From positions 4,064,001 through 4,128,000 of the forward strand of contig OZ242326.1 in NCBI GenBank assembly GCA_965208325.1: a stretch of 64,000 bases of DNA, in the 5' to 3' direction. The first letter of the stretch is position 1. The number at the start of each line of letters is the position of its first letter. A model generated the notes under the pieces. It was not told where the DNA came from. It worked only from the letters and a program-made list of their open reading frames with translations, and did not search any database. This stretch comes from Candidatus Poribacteria bacterium (GTDB taxonomy: Bacteria > Poribacteria > WGA-4E > PCPOR2b). Of the stretch, positions 19,621-29,359 are shown piece by piece. A program made the translations under genes and the position numbers.

Positions 19621-20382
19621 ATGGTTGAGCTGACAGATCCCTATGAAAAGTTTGCTTGTGCCTACGATCGCATGATGAGCAACGTGGATTACGTGCGTTG
19701 GGCAGACTATATCCATAATCTCTTCAAGCACTACAAATTTCGCCCGCGAAAAATTTTGGATTTAGCTTGTGGAACGGCGGCTTTGACGGTATTGATGGCG
19801 GAGAAAGGGTATGAAATTTGGGGGTTGGATCGTGCGGAAGGGATGCTGACAGTTGCACGTCAGAAAGCGAAGGATCGCGGCTTGAGTATTCAGTTTTATC
19901 AAGGTGACATGTGTAACTTCAGGCTGCAACAAGAGTTTGATGCGATTGTTTGCATATACGATAGCGTCAACTATGCCATAAATGAAGACGAACTAGCCAA
20001 TGTGTTTCGCTCCGCGTTTAGGCATCTCACTCCATCGGGGCTGTTCATTTTCGATGTGACAACCGAACACAATATCGTGCGGCATTTTCATGCACAAACC
20101 TTTGCAGAAAACAACGATGACTATGCCTATATCTGGAAGAATCTCTATTCGTACCGGGATAATATCTGCCGCACTTCATTGACCTTTTTCCTGCGAGAAG
20201 GGGAAATTTTTCGCCGATATGAAGAGGTGCATCTCCAGAAAATTTTCGGGGTTAACACGGTCAAGAAATTGCTGCATCAGAACGGGTACAAAATGCTCAG
20301 CGCGTACGACATGTATACTTTTAATCGCTGGAACCGGCATTCTGATCGAATCAATTTCACTGCATGTAAAGAAGCGGGTTAG
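19621..20382 (+). CDS. Class I SAM-dependent methyltransferase
   Basis: ILDLACGT, QGDM, DSVNY, LTPSGLFIFD. Confidence 0.9.
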   Translation: MVELTDPYEKFACAYDRMMSNVDYVRWADYIHNLFKHYKFRPRKILDLACGTAALTVLMAEKGYEIWGLDRAEGMLTVARQKAKDRGLSIQFYQGDMCNFRLQQEFDAIVCIYDSVNYAINEDELANVFRSAFRHLTPSGLFIFDVTTEHNIVRHFHAQTFAENNDDYAYIWKNLYSYRDNICRTSLTFFLREGEIFRRYEEVHLQKIFGVNTVKKLLHQNGYKMLSAYDMYTFNRWNRHSDRINFTACKEAG

Positions 20383-20436
20383 CCAGGGTATATGGTTGTT
20401 CTAGCCGCAATGCGTGCTGTTTAGCGGTCACAAGAC

Positions 20437-21918
20437 TTACGATAACCCCGTTATTGCAAGAAACCTACCAAAAGCCTCATCCCAACGCGCCGAATCTTGC
20501 GGTTCGTAGACAGCGGACTCAAACGACCGGCGGACAATCTCGCGCGCATCAGCAATCGAATTTATTGCACCGCTAGCGACTGCTTGTACCATGATGTTGC
20601 CGATAGCGGTTGCTTCGATTGGCCCCGCGACAACCGGTGTCGCCGTGGCATCGGCAGTGAATTGGCAAAGCATCGTATTCTGCGTCCCGCCGCCGACGAT
20701 GTATAGGACGTTAATGGGTTTGCCCCTAACGGATTCGAGTTTTTCCAAGACCCACCGGTATTTGAGGGCAAGGCTTTCCAAGGCACAGCGGATGATTTGT
20801 CCCTTGTCCAACGGGATAGTTTGCCCGCTCCGTTTGCAATAGTCAACAATTCGCGACGGCATATCGCCGGCGGGCAGAAAACTGCTGTCATCCGGGTCAA
20901 TTAGTCCGGCGAAAGGCTTTGCGCTCATAGCGAGCTGGGTAACCTGGTCGTAGGACATGTCCTCACCCGCTTGCGCCCAAGTTCGCCGACACTCCTGTAC
21001 CAACCATAAACCCATGATGTTTTTGAGGAATCGGAAGGTGTTTTCAATTCCGCCCTCATTTGTGAAGTTGAGTTCCAGCGCTTGATCGGTAATAATCGGG
21101 TTTGGAACCTCTATTCCCATCAATGACCATGTGCCGGAGCTGATATATGCCCAGTCTTCTCCCCGTGCAGGTACCGCAGCCACAGCCGAACCGGTATCGT
21201 GACACGCGGGCGCAATTACGGGGATTTTGGGAAGTCCGACCTCGCTAGCAACATTCGACAGAAGTGCGCCAAAATGTGTGCCTGGGGGCACAATCTCGGG
21301 GAATATTTCGGTTGGCAAGCCGAGTGCGCCGAGAATCTCCTTCGACCAACCGTATTGACGCGGATCGTAAAACTGTGTCGTTGTTGCATCAGTGAATTCG
21401 CACGCTTTTCGTCCTGTTAACCAAAAGTTGAAGATATCCGGCATCATCAAAAACGTGTCTGCCGCGTCAAGCAGCGGCGAGTTTCGTAATGCCATCGAGA
21501 GCAATTGATAGAGCGTGTTAATCGGAAGGAATTGTGTTCCGCTGCGCTTGAAGATTTCCTCGCGCGGCATACGGCGGAAGGCTTCGTCCAGCATACCATC
21601 TGTGCGCGAGTCCCGGTAATGATGGGGGTACCCAAGCAATGCATCGTCTCTACCAAGCAGTGCAAAATCGACTCCCCATGTATCTACACCAAGGCTGGTG
21701 AGATTTACACGATCGCGCGCACATATAGAAAGGGTGGTTTTGATTTCACTCCAGAGCTGTAGGACATCCCAGTGCAGGCTATCCATCACACGAACGCCGC
21801 CGTTGGGGAATCGGTGTATTTCCTCCAATTGTAGCAAACCGCCATCGAAATTCCCTAACACACCGCGTCCGCTTTCCGCGCCGAGGTCTATTGCCAAGTA
21901 TTGTTGCGTTTTGCGCAT
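20437..21918 (-). CDS. rhaB: Rhamnulokinase (FGGY family)
   Basis: AIDLGAESGR, DTWGVDF, HDTGSAV, ISSGTWSLMG, KNIMGLW, EATAIGN. Confidence 0.88.
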   Translation of the reverse strand: MRKTQQYLAIDLGAESGRGVLGNFDGGLLQLEEIHRFPNGGVRVMDSLHWDVLQLWSEIKTTLSICARDRVNLTSLGVDTWGVDFALLGRDDALLGYPHHYRDSRTDGMLDEAFRRMPREEIFKRSGTQFLPINTLYQLLSMALRNSPLLDAADTFLMMPDIFNFWLTGRKACEFTDATTTQFYDPRQYGWSKEILGALGLPTEIFPEIVPPGTHFGALLSNVASEVGLPKIPVIAPACHDTGSAVAAVPARGEDWAYISSGTWSLMGIEVPNPIITDQALELNFTNEGGIENTFRFLKNIMGLWLVQECRRTWAQAGEDMSYDQVTQLAMSAKPFAGLIDPDDSSFLPAGDMPSRIVDYCKRSGQTIPLDKGQIIRCALESLALKYRWVLEKLESVRGKPINVLYIVGGGTQNTMLCQFTADATATPVVAGPIEATAIGNIMVQAVASGAINSIADAREIVRRSFESAVYEPQDSARWDEAFGRFLAITGLS

Positions 21919-22031
21919 CCCAAATGTCCTCTGCGACGATTTGAAATTTTTATTTTTCTAAACTCTCGTTAGGCCATTGGCTTTAGGGAGTGGATCGGTG
22001 AGGTTTTGTAATTCGATGCGTCGTGTGTAGT

Positions 22032-22054
22032 GCGGGGCAAGATGCCCCGCCTAC
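22032..22054. repeat. REP element GCGGGGCA-AGA-TGCCCCGC-CTAC
   Basis: Perfect 8-bp stem with CTAC foot; recurs near 34182 and 48869, as a GCGCGGCA variant at 61565 (inverted), and in every unit of the 145-bp array. Confidence 0.85.
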
Positions 22055-22087
22055 GGCGGGAGAAGAGTCTGAATATGCCGCTGCCGT

Positions 22088-22615
22088 TTACTTTTTCATA
22101 TACCGTTGTTTTACGTCTTCCGCAGCCTGGCTTCCGGCACGGTAATTTTGCAACTGATTAATTGATGCGCCTGCTTCAATAAGCGCTTCGGCGGACGCAG
22201 CATAGCCAAACTCAATTGCAAGGCGCAGCGGCTCTCCATCATCATTTAGTCCTTCCGCCTTCGCGCCTGCGTCAACGAAAATCTTGACTAAATCCGCCGC
22301 AACGCCGGCATTGTGCGGGTGAACACTGGTGACGAGGGACACCAAAGGCGTTGTCCCGCTCTTTCCATCCAGAAAAGTGGCATCAACGTCGCTGCCCGCG
22401 GCAATCAAAGTCTTTGCAATCTCCGCGGCATTTTTCGGCGTGCTTTGGCGTTCGTCCTCGACTCCGTTTGCCGATACGTAATGCAGCAAAGTGGCGCGAT
22501 GAACTCTGGCGGAGCGTGCTTTAGCAAGATTTGGATTGGCGGCAAGCAACTCGGACAACTTCGTTAAATCGCCGGCGATAATTGCCTCGACAGCGGCTTC
22601 AAAGGTTGCGTTCAT
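22088..22615 (-). CDS. Ankyrin-repeat protein
   Basis: ATLLHYV, TTPLV, EPLRLAIEFG..AEALIEAGA; GGAGGA RBS before the ATG at 22615. Confidence 0.8.
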   Translation of the reverse strand: MNATFEAAVEAIIAGDLTKLSELLAANPNLAKARSARVHRATLLHYVSANGVEDERQSTPKNAAEIAKTLIAAGSDVDATFLDGKSGTTPLVSLVTSVHPHNAGVAADLVKIFVDAGAKAEGLNDDGEPLRLAIEFGYAASAEALIEAGASINQLQNYRAGSQAAEDVKQRYMKK

Positions 22616-22700
22616 GTATCCTCCCCTTAAACGCAAGACGTCTTGCGGATCTCTTATTGCAAAATGCGCAGTATTGACAGCTCAAACGTCCACATTTTTC

Positions 22701-23150
22701 CGCATTATAGCGCCTTATAGCGCCTTATAGCGCCTTATAGCGCCTTATAGCGCCTTATAGCGCCTTATAGCGCCTTATAGCGCCTTATAGCGCCTTATAG
22801 CGCCTTATAGCGCCTTATAGCGCCTTATAGCGCCTTATAGCGCCTTATAGCGCCTTATAGCGCCTTATAGCGCCTTATAGCGCCTTATAGCGCCTTATAG
22901 CGCCTTATAGCGCCTTATAGCGCCTTATAGCGCCTTATAGCGCCTTATAGCGCCTTATAGCGCCTTATAGCGCCTTATAGCGCCTTATAGCGCCTTATAG
23001 CGCCTTATAGCGCCTTATAGCGCCTTATAGCGCCTTATAGCGCCTTATAGCGCCTTATAGCGCCTTATAGCGCCTTATAGCGCCTTATAGCGCCTTATAG
23101 CGCCTTATAGCACCTTATAGCGCCTTATAGCGCCTTATAGCACCTTATAC
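22701..23150. repeat. Tandem minisatellite, 45 x 10 bp (CGCCTTATAG)
   Basis: 40 consecutive perfect units at 22711-23110; variants CGCATTATAG (first), CACCTTATAG and CACCTTATAC near the right end. Confidence 0.97.
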
Positions 23151-23218
23151 CGCGTATCTTCGGAGTCCAAAATTGTTGCTAAGAAAAGATTTGGCATAAA
23201 AATCGAGACGCAACCAAA

Positions 23219-23869
23219 TCATACAGTGGCATCCGATTCCGCTTTTGAAGCTGCAATCTTGATTAACGCACCGGCGGCAAAAATGAATCCTAGACTGCGT
23301 AGAATGATATGCAATTGAACATCAATTTGGGGAATCAAGAACCCGATGGGGAAGGCAATAATCGCGAGCAGGAACAGATAACCTGAAGGGCGATTCCAAC
23401 TCTTAATCAGCGCCAAGCCGTAACATAAGGACATGAGAACTGCAAAGAACGTGCTTGTCCGCGAAAGCGCTTCCCAGAACTCTTCAGAAAAATGATAAAT
23501 CAACATTGCGGTTTCACGAGATGGCGGTTTGTCGTAAAATTCGCTCAGTGTTCGCAGCGGTGCTGTTTGGGAGAGGTGTCCCACAATACCAATGCCAATC
23601 CAAAGAAGGGCGAAACCGAGCCCTAAGTAGCTGCGAGTTGCCGAGGTTGATTTCAGCAGCGCAAATAGTGCGAAGACCGCCGGCGTGATTAAGATGAGAC
23701 TGACAACGCTAAAGCCGTGTGCGATGCCAACGAGTTTCAAATCTGGGCTTCCAAGATGCGCCGCGTGCACATGAAATATGGACAGATAGCTCGGCATGAA
23801 CATGAAAATGCCGCCGAGCAACCCTGTGATGCCGCCGACCAGATACAGTTCAGTTGGTTTATGCTTCAA
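23219..23869 (-). CDS. Hypothetical multi-pass membrane protein
   Basis: About 6 hydrophobic segments; GGAGGT RBS before a TTG start. Confidence 0.75.
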   Translation of the reverse strand: MKHKPTELYLVGGITGLLGGIFMFMPSYLSIFHVHAAHLGSPDLKLVGIAHGFSVVSLILITPAVFALFALLKSTSATRSYLGLGFALLWIGIGIVGHLSQTAPLRTLSEFYDKPPSRETAMLIYHFSEEFWEALSRTSTFFAVLMSLCYGLALIKSWNRPSGYLFLLAIIAFPIGFLIPQIDVQLHIILRSLGFIFAAGALIKIAASKAESDATV

Positions 23870-24073
23870 AATCGGTACCTCCGCTTGAAAGACATGAGTT
23901 AACCGCGAACTCGGAAATTAAGAAACCGTGGTAAAATCATCAGTTTCATGGCGTCGTCCAACTCTCCAAAATTAGTGTTTGCTCTATTTTAGCATTTCCG
24001 CAAATTTGATGAAAGACGTTTCTGCCGCCGCCCTTTGGGTATTAGACAGCCTAGGTAATAAAATACCAAATGT

Positions 24074-24907
24074 CTACCAGCGCGCCGGACCAGACGGAAA
24101 CCCGTAAGGTTTGTAGTTACAATCCCTATTCCCTGATGGCCACGCCTGTCCGCCTATGAACCTAAACTCATCAATTTTCCCGGAAAGCCAGTAGAACATA
24201 CGCGCAGTCTCTATGGGTCCATAGGTTGCCGAATGGAAGTCAAAATCGGGTTCACGCACCCAGTCTCGGATTGGCGGCTCGGTGCGCCAGTAGTTGTATT
24301 TCATCATATGGCGTACTGCCGACCCCGTTGAGGCAGCACGGCGGTGCCAAATTGAATAGACCGTGATGAAAATTGACCCCGCGGGTGAAGCGGTTATGAC
24401 GCCATCTCGAATGCCGCCATAGTGTTGCATATAGCGTGCCGGCCAATTGTTAACATGCGAACCGGGCAATACTTCGGTGGGTCCTAATTCAGGAGGCGTA
24501 TCTTGCGGATAATAGAACACCTGAAGATAGTTCACCTCCGGACCGCACTTTGAACCGCCATCCCTATGCCATCTCTGAGACGGTGACGGGCATTCGCCGC
24601 GATGTTGGCTCATAAGAATCGGCAAGCCAAAGTTCATCCCAAGCAATGACCGAACGGCGCCTGCCGCTTGGGTATTAAGAATTACATTCTCAACAAACCA
24701 GTCATCCCTTAAAATTTCGGTTGGTTCATAATAGGTGTTTGCGTCGAGGTACTCAATTGCCTTGCGATTTATCTCGTCAGGCACTACCCCGTTTAACACG
24801 AGAAAGCCCGTTGTGCAAAACTGTAAAATCTGCCCGTCTGTCAGGGTCGGCTCGCAGTCATACGTTCTCTGCGGTATGCTGTACCGCTCCCGGTTTGTAA
24901 GTTCCAT
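24074..24907 (-). CDS. Phytanoyl-CoA dioxygenase (PhyH) family protein
   Basis: WHRDG, GPTEVLPGSH, AGSIFIT..IWHR. Confidence 0.88.
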   Translation of the reverse strand: MELTNRERYSIPQRTYDCEPTLTDGQILQFCTTGFLVLNGVVPDEINRKAIEYLDANTYYEPTEILRDDWFVENVILNTQAAGAVRSLLGMNFGLPILMSQHRGECPSPSQRWHRDGGSKCGPEVNYLQVFYYPQDTPPELGPTEVLPGSHVNNWPARYMQHYGGIRDGVITASPAGSIFITVYSIWHRRAASTGSAVRHMMKYNYWRTEPPIRDWVREPDFDFHSATYGPIETARMFYWLSGKIDEFRFIGGQAWPSGNRDCNYKPYGFPSGPARW

Positions 24908-25081
24908 GGTAATATCCTCGTAGGAAAAAGTTTGAAGTTGAGATTCATAGTCTTCATTCCATGAAAATGGACAAAAAAACTTGTTTAAGCATTGCGGTTA
25001 CCTCTAAAACCCAAACAACTTCAGCCGAATTTCATTTCGAGTCCGGAATATTAAGATATGAGAGTAATCTAGTTATTACAA

Positions 25082-27022
25082 TCACCTCCGAATCGGGTGC
25101 CAAAAGTGGGAATAGGTGGGTACGTCGAAAACAATGCCGATGACACTCCAAATTGTCATTGACACGAAATCACCCAGGATGACACCGACAGCCACGGGGA
25201 TGGTCTTCCGATAAGCGCGCAATCCTCCGTATTTAAGGACAATGGATTTTACGAGCCATCCAATAAGGAACGGCGTCCACAGATAATTCATTGTATGGTC
25301 ATTTGCCATGAGATAACCGACGGGGTGCAGCGACCACCATAGAAAACGAGACCGCATAAATGCAAGAAACAGAACAACAACGAAACCCTGTGCGACGGTT
25401 GCCATGACTGGGTAATTGACGCCGCTGGGATAGACCAGCCAACGTTCTAGAGCGCCATAGGTAATCCACCCAAGATAGGTTCTGCCTTTAGCGGCTCCGA
25501 AATCGAAAAGCGTGTGAAGCGATGCCCATAGCGCAGCGGTGATAGCGACGCCGACAGCCAAGATGATAGCGGCAAACAACTTGGTATTGTCGATTCCAGT
25601 GCGTTCGGCGACTTTGAAAGCCTCCATTTGGTGCGGCATGGGATTGTTCCTGTTTGCGAGGGAAAACCATCGGAGCAGTGCCATCATGCCGAGGTTCTTT
25701 GCTCCGAGTCTACGTGTGCCAAGTGAATAATACAGGAGGTTGCTTGGTCCGATTTCTGGGTAGTAGTGTACGGGCGCCCCCAACTCGGCGCGCAGCTTGG
25801 TAACGCAGATGGAGACTGCGCCGTAAAGCGCGAAGAACAGAAAAGCTAGCCAGAGCGACATGCCGCCCATATAACAGAACCAGATTAGGATGACTAAGCC
25901 GAATACCACGCCAATGAAAGCCAGCCGAAAGGGGATTGGCTCAGAACTTTCATCCAATTGTGTCCCGCCCACAAAGACCTTTTTCAAAATTTGACTCAAC
26001 CGCTTTCGGCTCGCCCAGATTGCTAGCAAACAGATGGCGAGATAAGCGCCGCCGCTGGCTTGGTGATTGAATGCCATCCCAGCAGGAATAGCCCATCCCA
26101 TTATGTACCTGACGACTAGTTCAGCTTTCCAAACGAGAAAGAAAAACCAAGCTGACAGTGAAAGGTCTAACGGACTGAAATAGACTAAGCCAATCATAAA
26201 GGGGTAAAAAGAGACGCGCGTCATGCCCATCGCAGTCCACGGTTTGTCCCTAAAAAGATGGCCGAAGTCGACGTACCAGATGGGAACGTGGGGCACTTGC
26301 GGGAAGAAGAAGTAGAGACCGTTGAAAATCTGGAAACCTAGCACAATTGTGAAGCTGGTCCACATCGCGCGCCGCTTGAAGAATTGAGATGTATCTTGTG
26401 TCATCTCAAGCGGAATTTGGATAATCGGATATGTAAGCCTTTCAGCGTTAATCCATTGACTTCTAAAGAAAACGGTTATAACCGCAAGGGTTGAAACTAG
26501 AACGAAGGCAAAGAAGCCCCAGGCGAGGACAGGCGTAATAACGGCGCGGATATGTTCGGCGGTGTATAAGGTAGATTCACCTGTATAATAGTCCTTGACG
26601 ACACCATCGCTGTGAAGGATTAACCATTTGGGCAGATGTGAAATGAAGAGGTTCGCCCAGTCGTTTTCAGGGGTAGCATACGCTGCCGGATGCCCGATGG
26701 TATGAACGAGAGTTTCTATGAACTCTAACCCGCAGATGACTGCTCCAATCGCCATCATCACGTATATCACCATCAACTCGCCCTGGGTGAATGCGTGTCG
26801 GGGCAAGAATCGCTGCAAGAAGACGTTGAGTGTGATTAGAGCGATTAACCAGATTACCGCGTTCAGAATTAGCGCGACAGTTGTGGTTTCCGGTGAATAG
26901 CGAACGATTTCCATGTTGTAAATCCAGAAAGCGTTCACGATGATGAGCACCACACCAATCAGGGTCGCGCGCAATGTCACATGGGAGGGTTTTGCTGCGT
27001 TCGCGGTCAAATTTTTCCGCAT
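25082..27022 (-). CDS. Large polytopic membrane protein, DUF6785/DUF6784-like putative peptide transporter
   Basis: ERLTYPIIQIP, LRAELGAP, MPHQMEAFK, RFLWWSLHPVGY, KYGGLRAYRK; start MRKNL matches the duplicate at 27855. Confidence 0.75.
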   Translation of the reverse strand: MRKNLTANAAKPSHVTLRATLIGVVLIIVNAFWIYNMEIVRYSPETTTVALILNAVIWLIALITLNVFLQRFLPRHAFTQGELMVIYVMMAIGAVICGLEFIETLVHTIGHPAAYATPENDWANLFISHLPKWLILHSDGVVKDYYTGESTLYTAEHIRAVITPVLAWGFFAFVLVSTLAVITVFFRSQWINAERLTYPIIQIPLEMTQDTSQFFKRRAMWTSFTIVLGFQIFNGLYFFFPQVPHVPIWYVDFGHLFRDKPWTAMGMTRVSFYPFMIGLVYFSPLDLSLSAWFFFLVWKAELVVRYIMGWAIPAGMAFNHQASGGAYLAICLLAIWASRKRLSQILKKVFVGGTQLDESSEPIPFRLAFIGVVFGLVILIWFCYMGGMSLWLAFLFFALYGAVSICVTKLRAELGAPVHYYPEIGPSNLLYYSLGTRRLGAKNLGMMALLRWFSLANRNNPMPHQMEAFKVAERTGIDNTKLFAAIILAVGVAITAALWASLHTLFDFGAAKGRTYLGWITYGALERWLVYPSGVNYPVMATVAQGFVVVLFLAFMRSRFLWWSLHPVGYLMANDHTMNYLWTPFLIGWLVKSIVLKYGGLRAYRKTIPVAVGVILGDFVSMTIWSVIGIVFDVPTYSHFWHPIRR

Positions 27023-27206
27023 AATGCGAAATTCCTGATTTTTGGAATGAATCGGCTGCCGATGCACAACAATTTCAATCTAAGTTGGGGCACAAATGAA
27101 TCCACTACATTTCTTAGAGCTGCCGCTTCTAAAGCCGAAAGAACTATAGCCGAATTTCATTTCGAGGCCGGAATATTAAGATACAATAATTATCCTGTCC
27201 TGTCAA

Positions 27207-27855
27207 TCATCTCCGAATCGGGTGCCAAAAGTGGGAATAGGTGGGCGCATCAAGAATAATGCCGATGACACTCCAAATTGTCATTGACACGAAATCTCTT
27301 AGGATTATGCCAACCGCCGCGGGGATGGTTTTACGGTAAGCGCGTAAGCCCCCGTATTTAAGGACAATGGATTTTACCAGCCATCCAATGAGGAACGGCA
27401 TCCACAAATAGTTCATTGTGTGGTCATTTCCCATAAGATATCCGACCGGGTGCAGCGCCCACCATAGAAAACGCGAACGCATAAAGGCAAGAAACAGGAC
27501 AACAATGAAGCCCTGTGCGACGGTTGCCACGACTGGGTGATTCACACCGCTGGGATAGACCAGCCAACGTTCCAGAGTGCCATAGAATACCCAACCGAGA
27601 CCAGTTCTACTCGCCCTGGGTGAATGCGTGTCGGGGCAGGAATCGCTGCAAGAAGACGTTGAGTATGATTAGAGCGATTAGCCATATTACTGCGTTCAGA
27701 ATTAGCGCGGCAGTTGTAGTTTCCGGTGAATAGCGAACGATTTCCATGTTGTAAATCCAGAAAGCGTTCACGATGATGAGCACCACGCCAATCAAGGCCG
27801 CGCGTAATGTCACATGGGAGGGATTTGCGGCGTTCGCGGTCAAATTTCTTCGCAT
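27207..27855 (-). pseudogene. Internally deleted paralog of 25082-27022
   Basis: The first 82 codons and about the last 130 codons are highly similar to the intact gene; joined out of frame near 27608 with a new TAG; about 1.29 kb missing. Confidence 0.9.
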
Positions 27856-27903
27856 ACTGCGAAATTCCGAATTTTATTCGGAATGGCTCGGATGGTGATG
27901 CGC

Positions 27904-28824
27904 TTAACAGACGGCGACAGGATTGCCGAATGATCCGGTTGCCCCTTTTATCGGTATAGGCGCGAAAAAGAACGCGAATTCATAGACATTATCTCGAATC
28001 ATTTCAGTGGTGTTCAAGTTTTCTAGCAGGTATATACCATTCACGGTTAAAAAAATCTGATGCACAGGACAAAAGGCGCCATGTTCTTTGGTTGGTAAGG
28101 CCTCAATGCCCCAGTTGTCTGATCCAACGAGCGCTATCTGCTGTTGAACAAGGAAGTGGGCGGCAGAAACGCCAAGTCCGGGTTCTCCACTCAAATAACC
28201 GTGTTCCGAATCGTTATCCCGCCAGCGGCTGCCCCATCCGGTATGAATTAAGACCACATCCCCAAATCGGATTTGCAGATTGTATTTCTGCAACGCGTGA
28301 TTCAAGTCTTCATCGGTTATTTCATAATCTTTTTCAAGCGCGGGTTTCCCCTTGAGAGACGGAATGTTGAGTAGGATCCCTCGGGTCAAAAAAACACCCA
28401 CTTGTTCGATTCCGAGTTTGGTTACTCCTTCGGAGGTGAACAACTCCCGCCGATCGAATCCGTTGTAGAACGAGTCTCCAATTCCAACATGGACTAAAGC
28501 GTCCATGTGCGTTCCCACATGAATATTAGCAATGTCCAACCTTTCATGGAAACCGGTTGATTGGTTTATACCTTGCGGTGGCGATGTTGGTGAGACCGGG
28601 ATTTTTAACTCCCACGACCATGGCATGCCTTTTTCGTAAATGCGGCCAAGCTGATAGGTTTTTCCTTCTTTGATTAAGCTGATGGATTCCAATACTTTCT
28701 CCGAAGTCATCATGTTGGCTGCGCCGCGCTCATCATCGTAGCCCCATTTTGATGAGCCGCGTTCAGGTTCTTCTGGGGGTGAATACGAACGACTACCGAG
28801 TTCCGAAAGCTCCTGATTTTTCAT
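27904..28824 (-). CDS. Cyclase family (kynurenine formamidase-like) metal hydrolase
   Basis: WGYDDERGAAN, HVGTHMDALVH, GDVVLIHTGW, GIYLLENL, GATGS. Confidence 0.88.
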   Translation of the reverse strand: MKNQELSELGSRSYSPPEEPERGSSKWGYDDERGAANMMTSEKVLESISLIKEGKTYQLGRIYEKGMPWSWELKIPVSPTSPPQGINQSTGFHERLDIANIHVGTHMDALVHVGIGDSFYNGFDRRELFTSEGVTKLGIEQVGVFLTRGILLNIPSLKGKPALEKDYEITDEDLNHALQKYNLQIRFGDVVLIHTGWGSRWRDNDSEHGYLSGEPGLGVSAAHFLVQQQIALVGSDNWGIEALPTKEHGAFCPVHQIFLTVNGIYLLENLNTTEMIRDNVYEFAFFFAPIPIKGATGSFGNPVAVC

Positions 28825-29087
28825 TTCATTCTCCTTTAGATTTTAAGTGTATCAACTGTCTTACTGAACGAAAAATGCGCCGCTTGAAGTTTCAGTTTTG
28901 ACGGTAATAAGTATGTCTTTCATTGTATTCGATTAGGGATATTTGTTCAATTGATTTATACATCTAGAACGCTTGTATCCCTACATATATTCCAAACGAA
29001 AATATGTAGGCGAGCCAGTGGCTTTTGGACATCGAAGAAATGATGTGCATGGTGCAGCAGGTGGTCTGAATCGGCAAATTTTGCTGC

Positions 29088-29116
29088 TTGACAACCGTCG
29101 CGAAGTTATGTAGAAT
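29088..29116 (+). promoter_or_regulatory. Sigma-70 promoter
   Basis: TTGACA-N17-TAGAAT, about 245 bp before the ATG at 29360. Confidence 0.75.
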
Positions 29117-29359
29117 AGTTTAACCTCCAACCATTCCGGATTTGATCCTGTGGAAAGGCTGTTTAAATTTGACGACGCCAGGATTGGAGGGTAACAACGT
29201 AGACGGTTTCGTTAATACGAGATACAACCATGACACCCACCAATAGTTGGGTAGTGCTGCTCAGGTTCATTCCACCTGTATCACTGAGTTTAATGCGATA
29301 CGAAAAATGGTTCCCAAATGAACTGGTGATTTAAACGTACCAAAGTGAGGTGACAATCT

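Noticed and set aside
22701..23150. 10-bp repeat as a hidden coding repeat or reverse-transcriptase product
   Set aside because: Stops recur in all six frames, and no RT gene or separate template was recognised in the window.
27207..27855. Duplicate as a diversity-generating retroelement template
   Set aside because: Differences are not adenine-specific, are largely synonymous, and no RT is nearby.
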